A stretch of DNA of 64,000 bases from Lingula anatina (taxonomy: Eukaryota > Animalia > Brachiopoda). This document shows positions 25,181 to 36,264 of this stretch, piece by piece (position 1 is the first letter of the stretch; each line of letters begins with the position of its first letter). The notes under the pieces were generated by a model. That model was not told the origin of the DNA. It was given only the letters and a program-made list of their open reading frames with translations, and made no database searches. The position numbers were made by a program, and so were the translations under genes. Location: the NCBI GenBank assembly GCA_051362555.1, contig CM120646.1, positions 9,176,001 to 9,240,000 of the forward strand, read 5' to 3'.

Positions 25181-27095
25181 GTGTATGCTGATGTTGTTAC
25201 TGTTTGTGTCTGCACATATTATGATAACTGTTTTTATTTATGTTATAACTGTTTGTGTCTGTACATATTATGATCACTATGTTTGCTTATGTTGTAACTG
25301 TTTGTACATATTATGATCACTGTGAGTGGTTATGTTGTTTCTGTTTGTGTTTGTACATATTGTGATCACTGTATGTGTTTATGTTGTTACTGTTGTGTCT
25401 GTACATATCATGATCACTGTATGTGTTTATGTTGTTACTGTTTGTGTCTGTACATATTATGATCACTGTGTATGCTTATGTTGTTAATGTTTGTGTCTGT
25501 ACATATCGTTATCACTGTATGTGTTTATGTTATTACTGTTTGTGTCTGTACATATTCTGATCACTGTATGTGTTTATGTTGTTACTGTTTGTGTTGTTAA
25601 TGTTTGTTTCTGTACATATCGTTATCACTGTATGTGTTTATGTTATTACTGTTTGTGTCTGTACATATTCTGATCACTGTATGTGTTTATGTTGTTACTG
25701 TTTGTGTCTGTACATTTTATGATCACTGTGTATGCTTATATGTTGTTACTGTTTGTATCTGTACATTTTGTGATCACTATGTGTGTTTATGTTGTTACTG
25801 TTTGTGTCTGTACATTTTATAATCACTGTATGTGTTTATGTTGTTACTGTTTGTGTCTGTACATATTATGATCACTGTGTATGCTTATATGTTGTTACTG
25901 TTTGTATCTGTATATTTTGTGATCACTATGTGTGTTTATGTTGTTACTGTTTGTGTCTGTACGTTTTATAAACACTATGTGTGTTTATGTTATTACTGTC
26001 CATCTTTGTACATATTGTGATCACTGTATGTGTTTATGTTATTAATGTTTGTGTCTGTACAAATTATGATCACTGTATTTGTTAATGTTGTTACTGTTTC
26101 TGTCTGTAGATATTATGATCACTGTATGTGCTTATGTTGTTAGTGTTTGTGTCTGTACATATTATGATCTCTGTGTTTGTTTATGTTGTTAATGTTTGTG
26201 TTTGTATATATAATAATCACTGTGAGTGTTTATGTTGTCACTGTTTGTGTCTGCGCATTTTATAATCACTGTAAGTGTTTATGTTGTTACTGTTCGTGTT
26301 TGTACATATTGTGATCACTGTAAGTGTTTATGTTGTTACTGTTGTGTCTGTACATATAATGATCACTGTATGTGTTTATGTTTTTACTGTTTGTGTCTGT
26401 ACATATTGTGATCACTGTATGTGTTTATGTTGTTACTGTCTGTCTTTGTACATATTGTGATCACTGTATTTGTTTATGTTGTTACTGTTTGTGTCTGTAC
26501 ATATTGTGATCACTGTATGTGTTTATGTTGTTACTGTTTGTGTCTCTACATATTGTTATCACTGTGTATGCTGATGTTGTTACTGTTTGTGTCTGTACAT
26601 ATTGTGATCAGTGTGTGTGTTTATGTTGTTACTGTTTGTGTCTCTACATATTGTTATCACTGTGTATGCTGATGTTGTTACTGTTTGTGTCTGTACATAT
26701 TGTGATCAGTGTGTGTGTTTATGTTCTAAATGATTGTGTCTGTACATATTGTGATCACTGTATGTGTTTATGTTGTTATTTTTTGTGTTTGTACATATTG
26801 TGTTCCCTGTATGTGTTTATGTTGTTACTGTTTGTGTCTGTAGATATTGTGATCACTGTATGTGTTAATGTTGTAACTATTTGTGTCTGTACATATTGTG
26901 ATCACTGTGTATGCTTATGTTGTTACTGTTTGTGTCTCTACATATTGTGATCACTGTATGTGTTTATGTTGTTACTGTTTGTGTCTGTACATATAGTGAT
27001 CACTTTATGTGTTTATGATAGTTTTGTTTGTGTCTGTACATATTATGATCACTGTGTATGCTTATGTTGTTACTGTTTGTGTTTGTACATATTAT

Positions 27096-27209
27096 TATAG
27101 GATTATTATTTATGTAGACTTATGTAATTTATCTTCTGTTTCAGATAGCGATCATTGTCAAGTTGGACCAATAAACGCTTAACGACAAGTAGTACAGTGT
27201 ACTTATTTA
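27096..27209 (+). repeat. 5' LTR (114 bp)
   Basis: TATAGG...CTTATTTA; AATAAA at 27170-27175; matches 32306-32415 with ~4 substitutions and a 4-bp indel. Confidence 0.93.
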
Positions 27210-27220
27210 TGATCGCTATC
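27210..27220 (+). promoter_or_regulatory. Primer-binding site complementary to its own LTR (putative self-priming)
   Basis: TGATCGCTATC is the exact reverse complement of GATAGCGATCA at 27144-27154; it does not start with TGG as tRNA 3'-end PBSs do. Confidence 0.8.
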
Positions 27221-27234
27221 CCATACCTGACAAC

Positions 27235-28100
27235 ATGCCGGCGGTCCAGTGCCCAATAGAAGGCTGTGACTACACCACAGATGACCTTGATGCCACTATC
27301 GTAGCAGCCCTACTCACCACACACAGCTCTGTTCATACCAATGCCCCCGTTACTGCAGCCAAAGTGGAGAAAGTCAAGCGGCCCACAATATCAGCCTGCG
27401 GTACCAGCGAATAGTGGTCATACTTTCAGTCCAGATGGACAGAATATGCCGATGCAACAAAAATAGCTGGCAAAGACAGGGTTATCCAATTGCTGGAATG
27501 TTGTGATGACCCCTTGCGAAAAGACTTAACTAGGACAGCAGGTGGGAGCCTTGCAAACAAATCCGTTGATGAGGTGATGGCCGCAAAGCATTAGCAGTAC
27601 GCACAGAGAACATGCGCCAAGACAGAGATGAACCTGTCCGCAACTATGGAGCCCATCTAAAAGGCCAGGCAGGAGTATGCAAATTTTCTGTCTCATGCCC
27701 CAGTTGCAACACTGCTGTAAGCTACATGGAGGAGATGACCCGTGATGTTCTAACCCGTGGACCAGCAGACTCTGAGATCCAAATAGACCTTTTAGGGAAT
27801 AAGAACCAGGACATGACATTGGAGGAAGTCCTTCAATTTGTGGAAGCAAAAGAAGCAGGAAAGCGCTCCGCATCACGCTTACAAGAATCCCAAGCAGCTG
27901 AGGCCATCGGTAGCACTTACCGACGCAAGAAATAAGAGACCCCCATCCCTGCCGAAAAACCACCCCAGGACCCCTGTGGCTACTGCGGAAAAACTGGTCA
28001 TTGTAAGGCTGCTCCTCTACGCATAAGAGAGATTGCCCCGCCTTTGGGCACAAATGCCAGACCTGCACACGATACCACCACCTTGAAATAGTGTGCCGTA
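27235..28100 (+). pseudogene. gag: gag (disrupted)
   Basis: MPAVQCPIEGCDY...KVKRPTIS...WSYFQSRW...QLLECCD; in-frame TAG at 27412; lesion near 27590; two Cys/His knuckles (CGYCGKTGH, CQTCTRYHHLEIVC). Confidence 0.85.
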
Positions 28101-31100
28101 GCAAAGATAAACCCAAGCTGAGCCAGAAGACTACTTCCTGTCATGAGGTAGATGACTGTGAAGGCGCAGTCTTTGAATCACTCTGCTCTGTCAACATCAC
28201 AACACAACATACGAAAGGCAGGGCCATTGCTTTAGATCATCATATCTATGATCAATTGAATGACACCTGGGTGCAAAGAGCTTCCAAACCACAACCGTTC
28301 GTCAACCTCAGAATCACGGTCTGTGCAGATGATTACAGAGAGCTAGGCTTCAGTCTTCTATCCTCAGCCACACCAATAGAACATCCCTCAATGGCTGACA
28401 CTGGTTGTCAGAGCTGCCTTGCTGGCATTAGGGTAATCCAACGTCTAGGCCTGAAGCGACTGGACCTGATTCCAGTCACTATGAAGATGCACACTGCTGT
28501 CAACAATGGCATCAACATTCTTGAAGCAACTGTACTTTGCTATGCTGGGAGGGGCCCATCTGGCAAACTGGTGGAAACAAGACAGATGACTTATGTCACC
28601 GACAACTCTGACAAGCTCTTTATCAGCAGGGAGGCATGTATTGCACTTGGCATCATACCAAAGACCTTCCCGACTGTGGGTGCATATCACATGTCGCAGT
28701 GTGCATCCGTGTTCCCTGATATTACCCTTACAGCATGTGGCGCTGATGCCGAACACACATGCACTTGCCCCAAACGTCAACCACCTCCCTCACCTCCAAC
28801 CAAGCTGCCCTTCCCTGTGACGGAACAGAATTGTGGGCGACTGAAGGAATACCTTCTGGACTATTACAGGTCCAGTACGTTTAATACATGTGATCATCAG
28901 CCCTTGCCCCTTATGGACAGCCCGCCAATGAAATTGATGGTAGACCCTTCTGCTGCACCAGTAGCCTATCACACTCCAATACCAGTCCCACTTCACTGGC
29001 AGGAAGAAGTGAAAGCAGGTCTCGACCAAGATGTCAGACTAGGGGTTATCGAACCAGTCCCAGTTGGTGAGCCAGTCACCTGGTGCCACCGCATGGTTGT
29101 ATGTGCAAAGAACAATGGCAGGCTACGCCGCACAGTTGATCTACAGGCCCTGAATGCACATGCTACACGAGAGACCCACTTCTCCTTTTCACCAAGCCAG
29201 GGCTGTGCCCCAAGGCAAGAAAAAGACAGTTCTGGATGCTTGGAATGGATACCACAGTGTACCCATTCGTGAGGAGGATCGCCATCTCACAACGTTTATC
29301 ACACCCTGGGGAAGATACCGATACAAGGTTTCCCCCCAAGGGTACATTGCTTCAGGTGATGGGTACACCAGGAGATATGACAAAATTGTCTCGCACATCA
29401 CCAACAAAACCAAATGTGTCGATGATGTCTTACTTTGGTCCAGCTCAATAGAGGGGAGTTTCTTCAAAGCCGTGGAGTGGTTAGACATCTGTGGTAGACA
29501 TGGCATCACCCTGAACCCAGAGAAATTTGTCTTCGCACAAGATGAGGTGGAATTTGCAGGATTTGACATTACCCTGGACAGTGTCAAGCCCAGTTCCAAG
29601 TACCTTCAGGCCATCTTGGACTTTCCCACCCCTCGAAACATTACTGATGTGCGATCATGGTTTGGTTTGGTCAACCAGGTATCATATGCCTTCAGCATGG
29701 CAGACAAAATGCTTCCCTTTAGATGTCTCCTTCAACCTGGAACCCCCTTCAGATGGGATGAGGATCTCAACAGTCTCTTCGAAGAATCCAAGGCTGTCAT
29801 CTCCAAGGAAATTGAAGAGGGGGTCCAAATATTTGACAAGTCCAGGCCCACATGCCTTGCAACTGACTGGTCCAAAAATGGAATTGGGTTCTGGCTCCTA
29901 CAGAAGCATTGCTCTTGCCTATCCGACCATTCTGCTGCCCATCTGGATGGAAGATTACTCTTGTAGGCAGCCGTTTCACCCACTCTGCTGAATCACGAAA
30001 TGCCCCCATCGAGGGTGAAGCCCTAGCTGTTGCTGATGCTCTGAACAAGACAAGGTACTTTGTCCTTGGATGTCATGACCTCATCATTGCAGTTGACCAC
30101 AAGCCATTACTGAAGGTCTTTAGCGGCAGGTCCCTTGATGATATTAACAACCCCCGCCTAAGAAACTTGAAGGAGAAAACCCTCAGATACCGCTTCCGGA
30201 TGGTACATATATGTGGGGTCAAACACCTTGCTGCAGATTGGGTATCTCATCATCCCACAGGAGATCCAGATAAGCTCCCACTCCCTGACGACGTTGCTAC
30301 TGTCAGCCAACATCACCCTCGGTCTCAAATCCGATCCCCTGCCCCCAATGACATCCCCATGGAGGAAAACATCATCTCTGCACTTACATCCTCTCTGGCA
30401 TCCATCACCTTGAAATAGGTGACCTGGGACAGAGTACGCACAGCAACCACAAGTGGTGCAGATATGGCTATGCTAGTAAACTTAATAACCTCAGGTCTGC
30501 CAGAGAGCCGCCAAGAGTTCCCCATGAAGCTTCGCGAGTATTATCAGTTCAAGGAGGACCTCAGCACAATCGACGGAGTTGTGTTGTATAGAGACAGTGT
30601 AGTCATCCCACCTGCATTAAGACAAGAAGTCCTCTCTACATTGCACAGTGCCCATCAGGGGATCTCCTCTATGATAACCAGAGCCGAGTCCTCAATCTTC
30701 TGGCCTGGCATTACACCTGATATAATATCCACCAGAACAGGTTGCAACCATTGCAACCGCATGACCCCCTCCCAACCGAGTGCCCCTCCGACACCATTGA
30801 TATATCCTGACTACCCATTCCAGTGCGTCTGTGCTGACTACTTCCACTACATGGGTAATAACTACCTTGTCATCGTTGATCGGTATTCCAACCAGCCGAT
30901 TGTGGAGAGAGCATCCGAAGGAGCGGCTGGCCTGATAGCCTCTCTTCGACGGACTTTTGTCACCTTTGGCATAACCGATGAGCTATCCTCAGATGGGGGA
31001 CCGGAGTTCACATCAACTGTCACCAAGAAGTTTCTTTCTGATTGTTGTGCACATCATCGTATGTCATCAGTAGCCTTTCCCCATAGCAACTGCCGTGCTG

Positions 31101-32071
31101 AAGTTGGAGTTAAGACAGTAAAACGCCTCATCACAGACAATACCAGCCCTAATGGTGACCTGGACATGGACAGCTTTCAGCGTGCTATGCTTCAGTACAG
31201 GAACACCCCAGACAGAGACACCAAACTCTCACCAGCAATGTGCGTCTTTGGGCACCCCATCCGTGATTTCATCCCCATTCCACCGAGAAGATATAAACCA
31301 CACACCACTTGGCAAGAGACCCTTAAGGCTAGGGAGGAAGGGCTCAGAAATCACCATATGAAGATGGCAGAACACCTTACGGAACACACCAAGAGACTTG
31401 TACCCCTTGCAGTAGGGGATCGTGTCCGAATCCAGAACCAGACAGGCCCTCACCCCCTGAAATGGGAAAAGACTGGGACCGTGGTTGAAGTACGGCAGTT
31501 CGATCAATATGTTGTGAGAGTAGATGGCTCAGGACGAGTCACATTATGGAACAGGAAATTCCTCCGGCGTTACACTCCTGTCCTGCAACCCACACCAATC
31601 CAGACCATAGACCGTGATCTTCAGCTTCCGCATGCTACCCCGCCACTTGCCAAACTTGCAGCTGATCAAGAGACAAGGAAGGAAATCCCTGGCTCTCCTC
31701 CAACGCCACCTGCCAAGGTTGCCACTGATCAGGAGGAATGCAAGGAAGAAATCCCTGGGCTACCTGCAACACCTAAGGCCAAGGCTACCTCACACTCTCA
31801 TGCCACACAAACGCAGTGTGAAACCCCGCCATCACTGACTGCACCACCCATACCTCAACTGTTCAACACAACTTCACCCGCCACAGATACGCCATCCAGA
31901 GGGACCGTCACCCCAAAGCACCGCCTTTTATCTTTGGGGAATGCATCTCCACCTAGGTCAGTCAGGGTTTGCACCACTCCACACGTGCACCCCAGGACAG
32001 TGGATAGTCAACCTGGAATGTCCCAACCTCTCACCATGGATCAACCTAGACGCTCCACTTGTGCCACTTGA
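28091..32071 (+). pseudogene. pol: pol: protease, reverse transcriptase, RNase H, integrase (frameshifts and one stop)
   Basis: PR ADTGCQSC; RT LDAWNGYH, PQGY, CVDD; RH LATDWSK, IEGEALA, VDHKPL; IN HSAHQG..CNHC, ADYF, SDGGPEF, SNCRAE. Breaks near 29180, 29930 and TAG at 30416. Confidence 0.93.
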
Positions 32072-32305
32072 CCCCCAGCTTGGCAAAAAGACTATGAGCT
32101 GTCATAAACATTTGAACTCCTGTGTAGTTGCACAGTACAGGAACACCCCATGTTTGCTGTTCCTGTTGTCGTTTGCATATTCAGTTTAACTGTTACTTTG
32201 TAGTTTACTTGTTTTCACACACTAGTGACCTTTCATGGATCATTGAAACATTTTAGTCTTTCTACTGACTTTGGTTATCAGTGAACCTAAAGACTTGGGG
32301 AGAGA

Positions 32306-32415
32306 TATAGGATTATTGTTTATGTAGACCTAATTTATCTTCTGTTTCAGATAGCGATCATTGTCAAGTTGGACCAATAAACACTTAACGACAAATAGTA
32401 CAGTGTACTTATTTA
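32306..32415 (+). repeat. 3' LTR (110 bp)
   Basis: Follows the PPT, is a copy of the 5' LTR, and is followed by the TSD. Confidence 0.93.
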
Positions 32416-34139
32416 ATTATGATCACTGTGTATGCTTACGTTGTAACTGTTTGTACATATGATGTTCACTGTGAGTGTGTATGTTGTTACTGTTTGTGTC
32501 TGTACATTTTATAATCACTGTGTGTGTTTATGTTGTTACAGTTTTTGTCTGTACAAATCGTGATCACTGTATGTGGTTATGTTGTTAGTTTTTGTGTCTG
32601 TATATATTGTGATCACTGTATGTGTTTATGTTGTAACTGTTTGTGTCTGTACATATTACGATCACTGTGTATGCTTATGTTGTTAATGTTTGTATCTGTA
32701 CATTTTGTGATCACTATGTGTGTTTATGTTGTTACTGTTTGTGTCTGCACATTTTATAATCACTATGTGTGTTTATGTTGTTAATGTTTGTCTGTACATA
32801 TCGTTATCACTTTATGTGTTTATGTTCTTACTGTTTTTGTCTGTACATATCGTGATTACTGTATGTGTTTATGTTCTTACTGTTTTTGTCTGTACATATT
32901 ATGATCACTGTGTTTGTTTATGTTGTTAATGTTTGTGTCTGTACATATTGTGATCACTGTATGTGTTAATGTTGTTACTTTTTGTGTCTGTACATATTAT
33001 GATCACTGTGTTTCTTTATGTTGTTAATGTTTGTTTCTGTATATATTATGATCAATTTATGTGCTTATGTTGTTAGTGTTTGTGTCTGTACATATTATGA
33101 TCTCTCTGTTTGTTTGTTGTTAATGTTTGTGTTTGTATATATAATGATCACTGTGAGTGTTTATGTTGTTACTGTTAGTGTGTGCACATTTTATAATCAC
33201 TGTGTGTGTTTATGTTGTTACTGTTCGTGTTTGTACATATTGTGATCACTGTAAGTGTTTATGTTGTTACTGTTGTGTCTGTACATATCATGATCACTGT
33301 ATGTGTTTATGTTGTTACTGTTTGTGTCCTTACATATTGTGATCACTGTATGTGTTTATGTTGTTACTGTCTGTCTTTGTACATATTGTGATCACTGTAT
33401 TTGTTTATGATAGTACTGTTTGTGTCTGTACATATTATGATCACTGTGTAATCTTATGTTGTTACTGTTTGTGTCTGTACATATCATGATCACTGTATGT
33501 GTTTATGTTGTTACTGTTTGTGTCTGTACATATTGTGATCACTGTATGTGTTAATGTTGTAACTATTTGTGTCTGTACATATTGTGATTACTGTATTTGT
33601 TTATGATAGTACTGTTTGTGTCTGTACATATTATGATCACTGTGTAATCTTATGTTGTTACTGTTTGTGTCTGTACATATCATGATCACTGTATGTGTTA
33701 ATGTTGTTACTGTTTGTGTCTGTACATATTGTGATCACTGTATGTGTTAATGTTGTAACTATTTGTGTCTGTACATATTGTGATTACTGTATGTGTTAAT
33801 GTTGTTATTTTTTGTGTCTGTACATATTGTGTTCACTGTATGTGTTTATGTTGTTACTGTTTGTGTCTGTACATATCGTAATCACTGTATGTGTTTATGT
33901 TATTACTGTTTGTGTCTATACATATTATGATCACTGTATGTGTTTATGTTATTACTGTTTGGATCTGTACATATCGTTATCACTGTAGGTATTTATGTTA
34001 TAACTGTTTATGTCTGTACATATTATGATCACTATGTTTGCTTATGTTGTAACTGTTTGTACATATTATGATCACTGTGAGTGGTTATGTTGTTACTGTT
34101 TGTGTCTGTACATTTTATAATCACTATGTGTGTTTATGT

Positions 34140-36264
34140 CTCCTTGATCTAAGCTAATTGCATATAACAGCATGCAAAATCATGTAACAAACACAAGTAT
34201 GATGTTCGAAATTTCGCCGATGACGGCCGCATTTATTGAAAGTCCCAGTACTAAAAGAAATGAAGCGGATGGATACTAAACGCTGAATAGTGTTAACAAA
34301 CATAGAACATTTATGTGTGCGCCTGAAATATCTACTTATAAAATAAAATTTCCAAAGAGATAGTGCACACTTTTCAATTTGTGGGGTTGCAAAGAGGCCG
34401 TGTAAGCTGCCAATTTCTGATCTACTACTTCAGGCCTATCTTGGGCAGATTTATGGTTGCGGGCGGAAAGGGAGTACTGTGAGCCATTGTGACCTAACCT
34501 GAAACCAGCTGTAAAACCTGAAAGCAATTGACCTCTCAGAATAGGGGGTAGCCTGACAGATACCTACAGAGCTTGTTGGGGTCTACTGGTGTTTTGAGAA
34601 CTTTGGTTGCTGGGATGGGGACCCCTGGTGCCCCGTGCGGTATGGTTTGGGTTTGTGATGTTGGACGGTCTTCCTTCTTGGCGGTAGCAACGAAAGGCTG
34701 GGTGGGTTCCCCCTGAGCAGTGAAAGCATTTGTGGTCGTACCCGCAATTTCCCCTGCATTTTGCCCCGGAGTGGAACTTGAAGCAGACCCCAGAGGGGAA
34801 GCTCTTACGAAAGGGCTGTCTGGGTCTTGACGATACTGTGGTAATGGCTGGTAGAGTTAGCACGAGAGTTGAGGAGAGCCCTATTCCAGAGATCCCAATT
34901 TATGTCTTGCCATGGGTCGCCTGACCTTTCCTTATTAATTCTGAATTTGCGGTCATAGGCTAACCAGTCCCCCCTCAGGCCCGCTAAAACCTTTATATCT
35001 TTGGCATATTTCAGCAAGTTGGGGGCTTCGTGAGGGTGTTTTAAAGCATAAACCGAAATAAATGTATGGAAGGCAGTTGTCCACTGACCAGGGAGGTGAT
35101 CTGGGGCCTTTTGCTTTGGGGAATTACGAGGGTAAGTTGGCCATTATGATTTTCCATGACCAGTGGGATAGAATCCCCTAACTGGGGCCCTGGTCTTGGA
35201 GAAGTAGGGCCAGGTCTACGAATTCGTCTCCCCATATCCGATCTTTAATTTTGCTATCAACCTGAGCGTGAAGGGGGATTGACTTGGTATTGTACCTTTG
35301 TGAAGTAGAGGGCTGGGGTGATACCATACCTGGTTCAGTTGGAGAGGAAGACGACGTGGAAGGCAAAGTGCTGTTTGCTGGGCTGCTAACTAGTGATGCA
35401 TGAGCCTCAGTGCCGGTGTTAAGATTGGAAGCTTCAGGGTTGTTTTGGCGATGCTGTGCTGCAGCCAGGTTTTTTGCTACGGCGTCCAATGTTGCCACCA
35501 CATTAGTCACTTTCTCCACCATGTTGACAATCATCTGGTTTTCACTAGACATTGGAGCTGGAAGTTCGGGTACTTGTTCGGTAGAAGGCTTGGGCGGAGG
35601 AGCTAAGGTGGAAGCTGAGGGAGATGCCACAGTGACTGTATTCGGGGAATAGGATGAAGCTGAGGTAGAGGCTGCTGCGGCTGTAGTTGAAGTCAGAGGT
35701 AAAGAGGTTCCTAAAGATGATGGTGCGGCCCCAGAAGAAGATGAGGGTGATGATCGGAAAGAAGTCCTCTTAGCCCTGCGGGTTGATGGACGCACATATG
35801 GAGTCGCTTTTCGTGTTCTCTTTGGAGGCACTGAAAAGCATAACGTAGACAGCGGCAGATTGATGTATAAAATGTTAAACTGCCATATATTGCTCTGATG
35901 AGGAGGAGACGGGGAAGGTGGCGGGTTTACAAAATTGTAAACAGTGTAATTTGCTGACGAAGTCGAATTTTCTGACAACAACTGTGTATTGAGCAGAGTG
36001 GGATGGATTAATAGTGCTCGTTTGATTAAATGCTGAGGTACGGACGTAAAAGAACCCCCCATCTGTGATTGGTCAAGATTCCATATGGGGAATGCAGCAT
36101 TGAATCCGAGGCTAGATAATCTAACTTCCCAAATTTTGCAGCATTGAATCCGAGGCTAGATAATCTAACTTCCAAGATTTGCAGGATTGAATCCGAGGCT
36201 ACGAGCTAATTTCTAAGTGTTAGATCGTCGCCATAAATCAACGTTTCACTACGCCAAACTTCCC
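34140..36264 (-). mobile_element. Internally deleted DIRS/Ngaro-type tyrosine-recombinase retrotransposon
   Basis: Disrupted ORF1 with KIKDRIWGDEFVDLALLL, WLAYDRKFR..PW..INWDLW and CFKFH..C..C.Y.HKC..C...HPA..C; RT N-terminus LSGFTAGFRLG..NHKSA..PEVVDQKL, then truncation. TTTATGT on both flanks. RT core and recombinase absent. Confidence 0.82.
36093..36200. repeat. ~44-bp tandem repeat (2.5 copies) in the 5' region of the DIRS/Ngaro element
   Basis: TGCAG(C/G)ATTGAATCCGAGGCTA occurs three times. Confidence 0.9.

Larger units (their letters stand above)
27096..32415 (+). mobile_element. Ty3/Gypsy LTR retrotransposon (Mag-like), near full-length but defective
   Basis: Two LTRs; 5-bp TSD ATTAT (27091-27095, 32416-32420); PPT GGGGAGAGA 32297-32305; domain order gag-PR-RT-RH-IN. 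Confidence 0.95.

Noticed and set aside
30416-30418. Programmed readthrough of the TAG between RNase H and integrase
   Set aside because: The element has other stops, deletions and frameshifts, so simple decay is sufficient.
35832-36062. N-terminal part of the 294-aa minus ORF
   Set aside because: It is probably leader or intron: a ttttcAG acceptor-like site precedes PPKRTRK, where the DIRS ORF1-like sequence begins.
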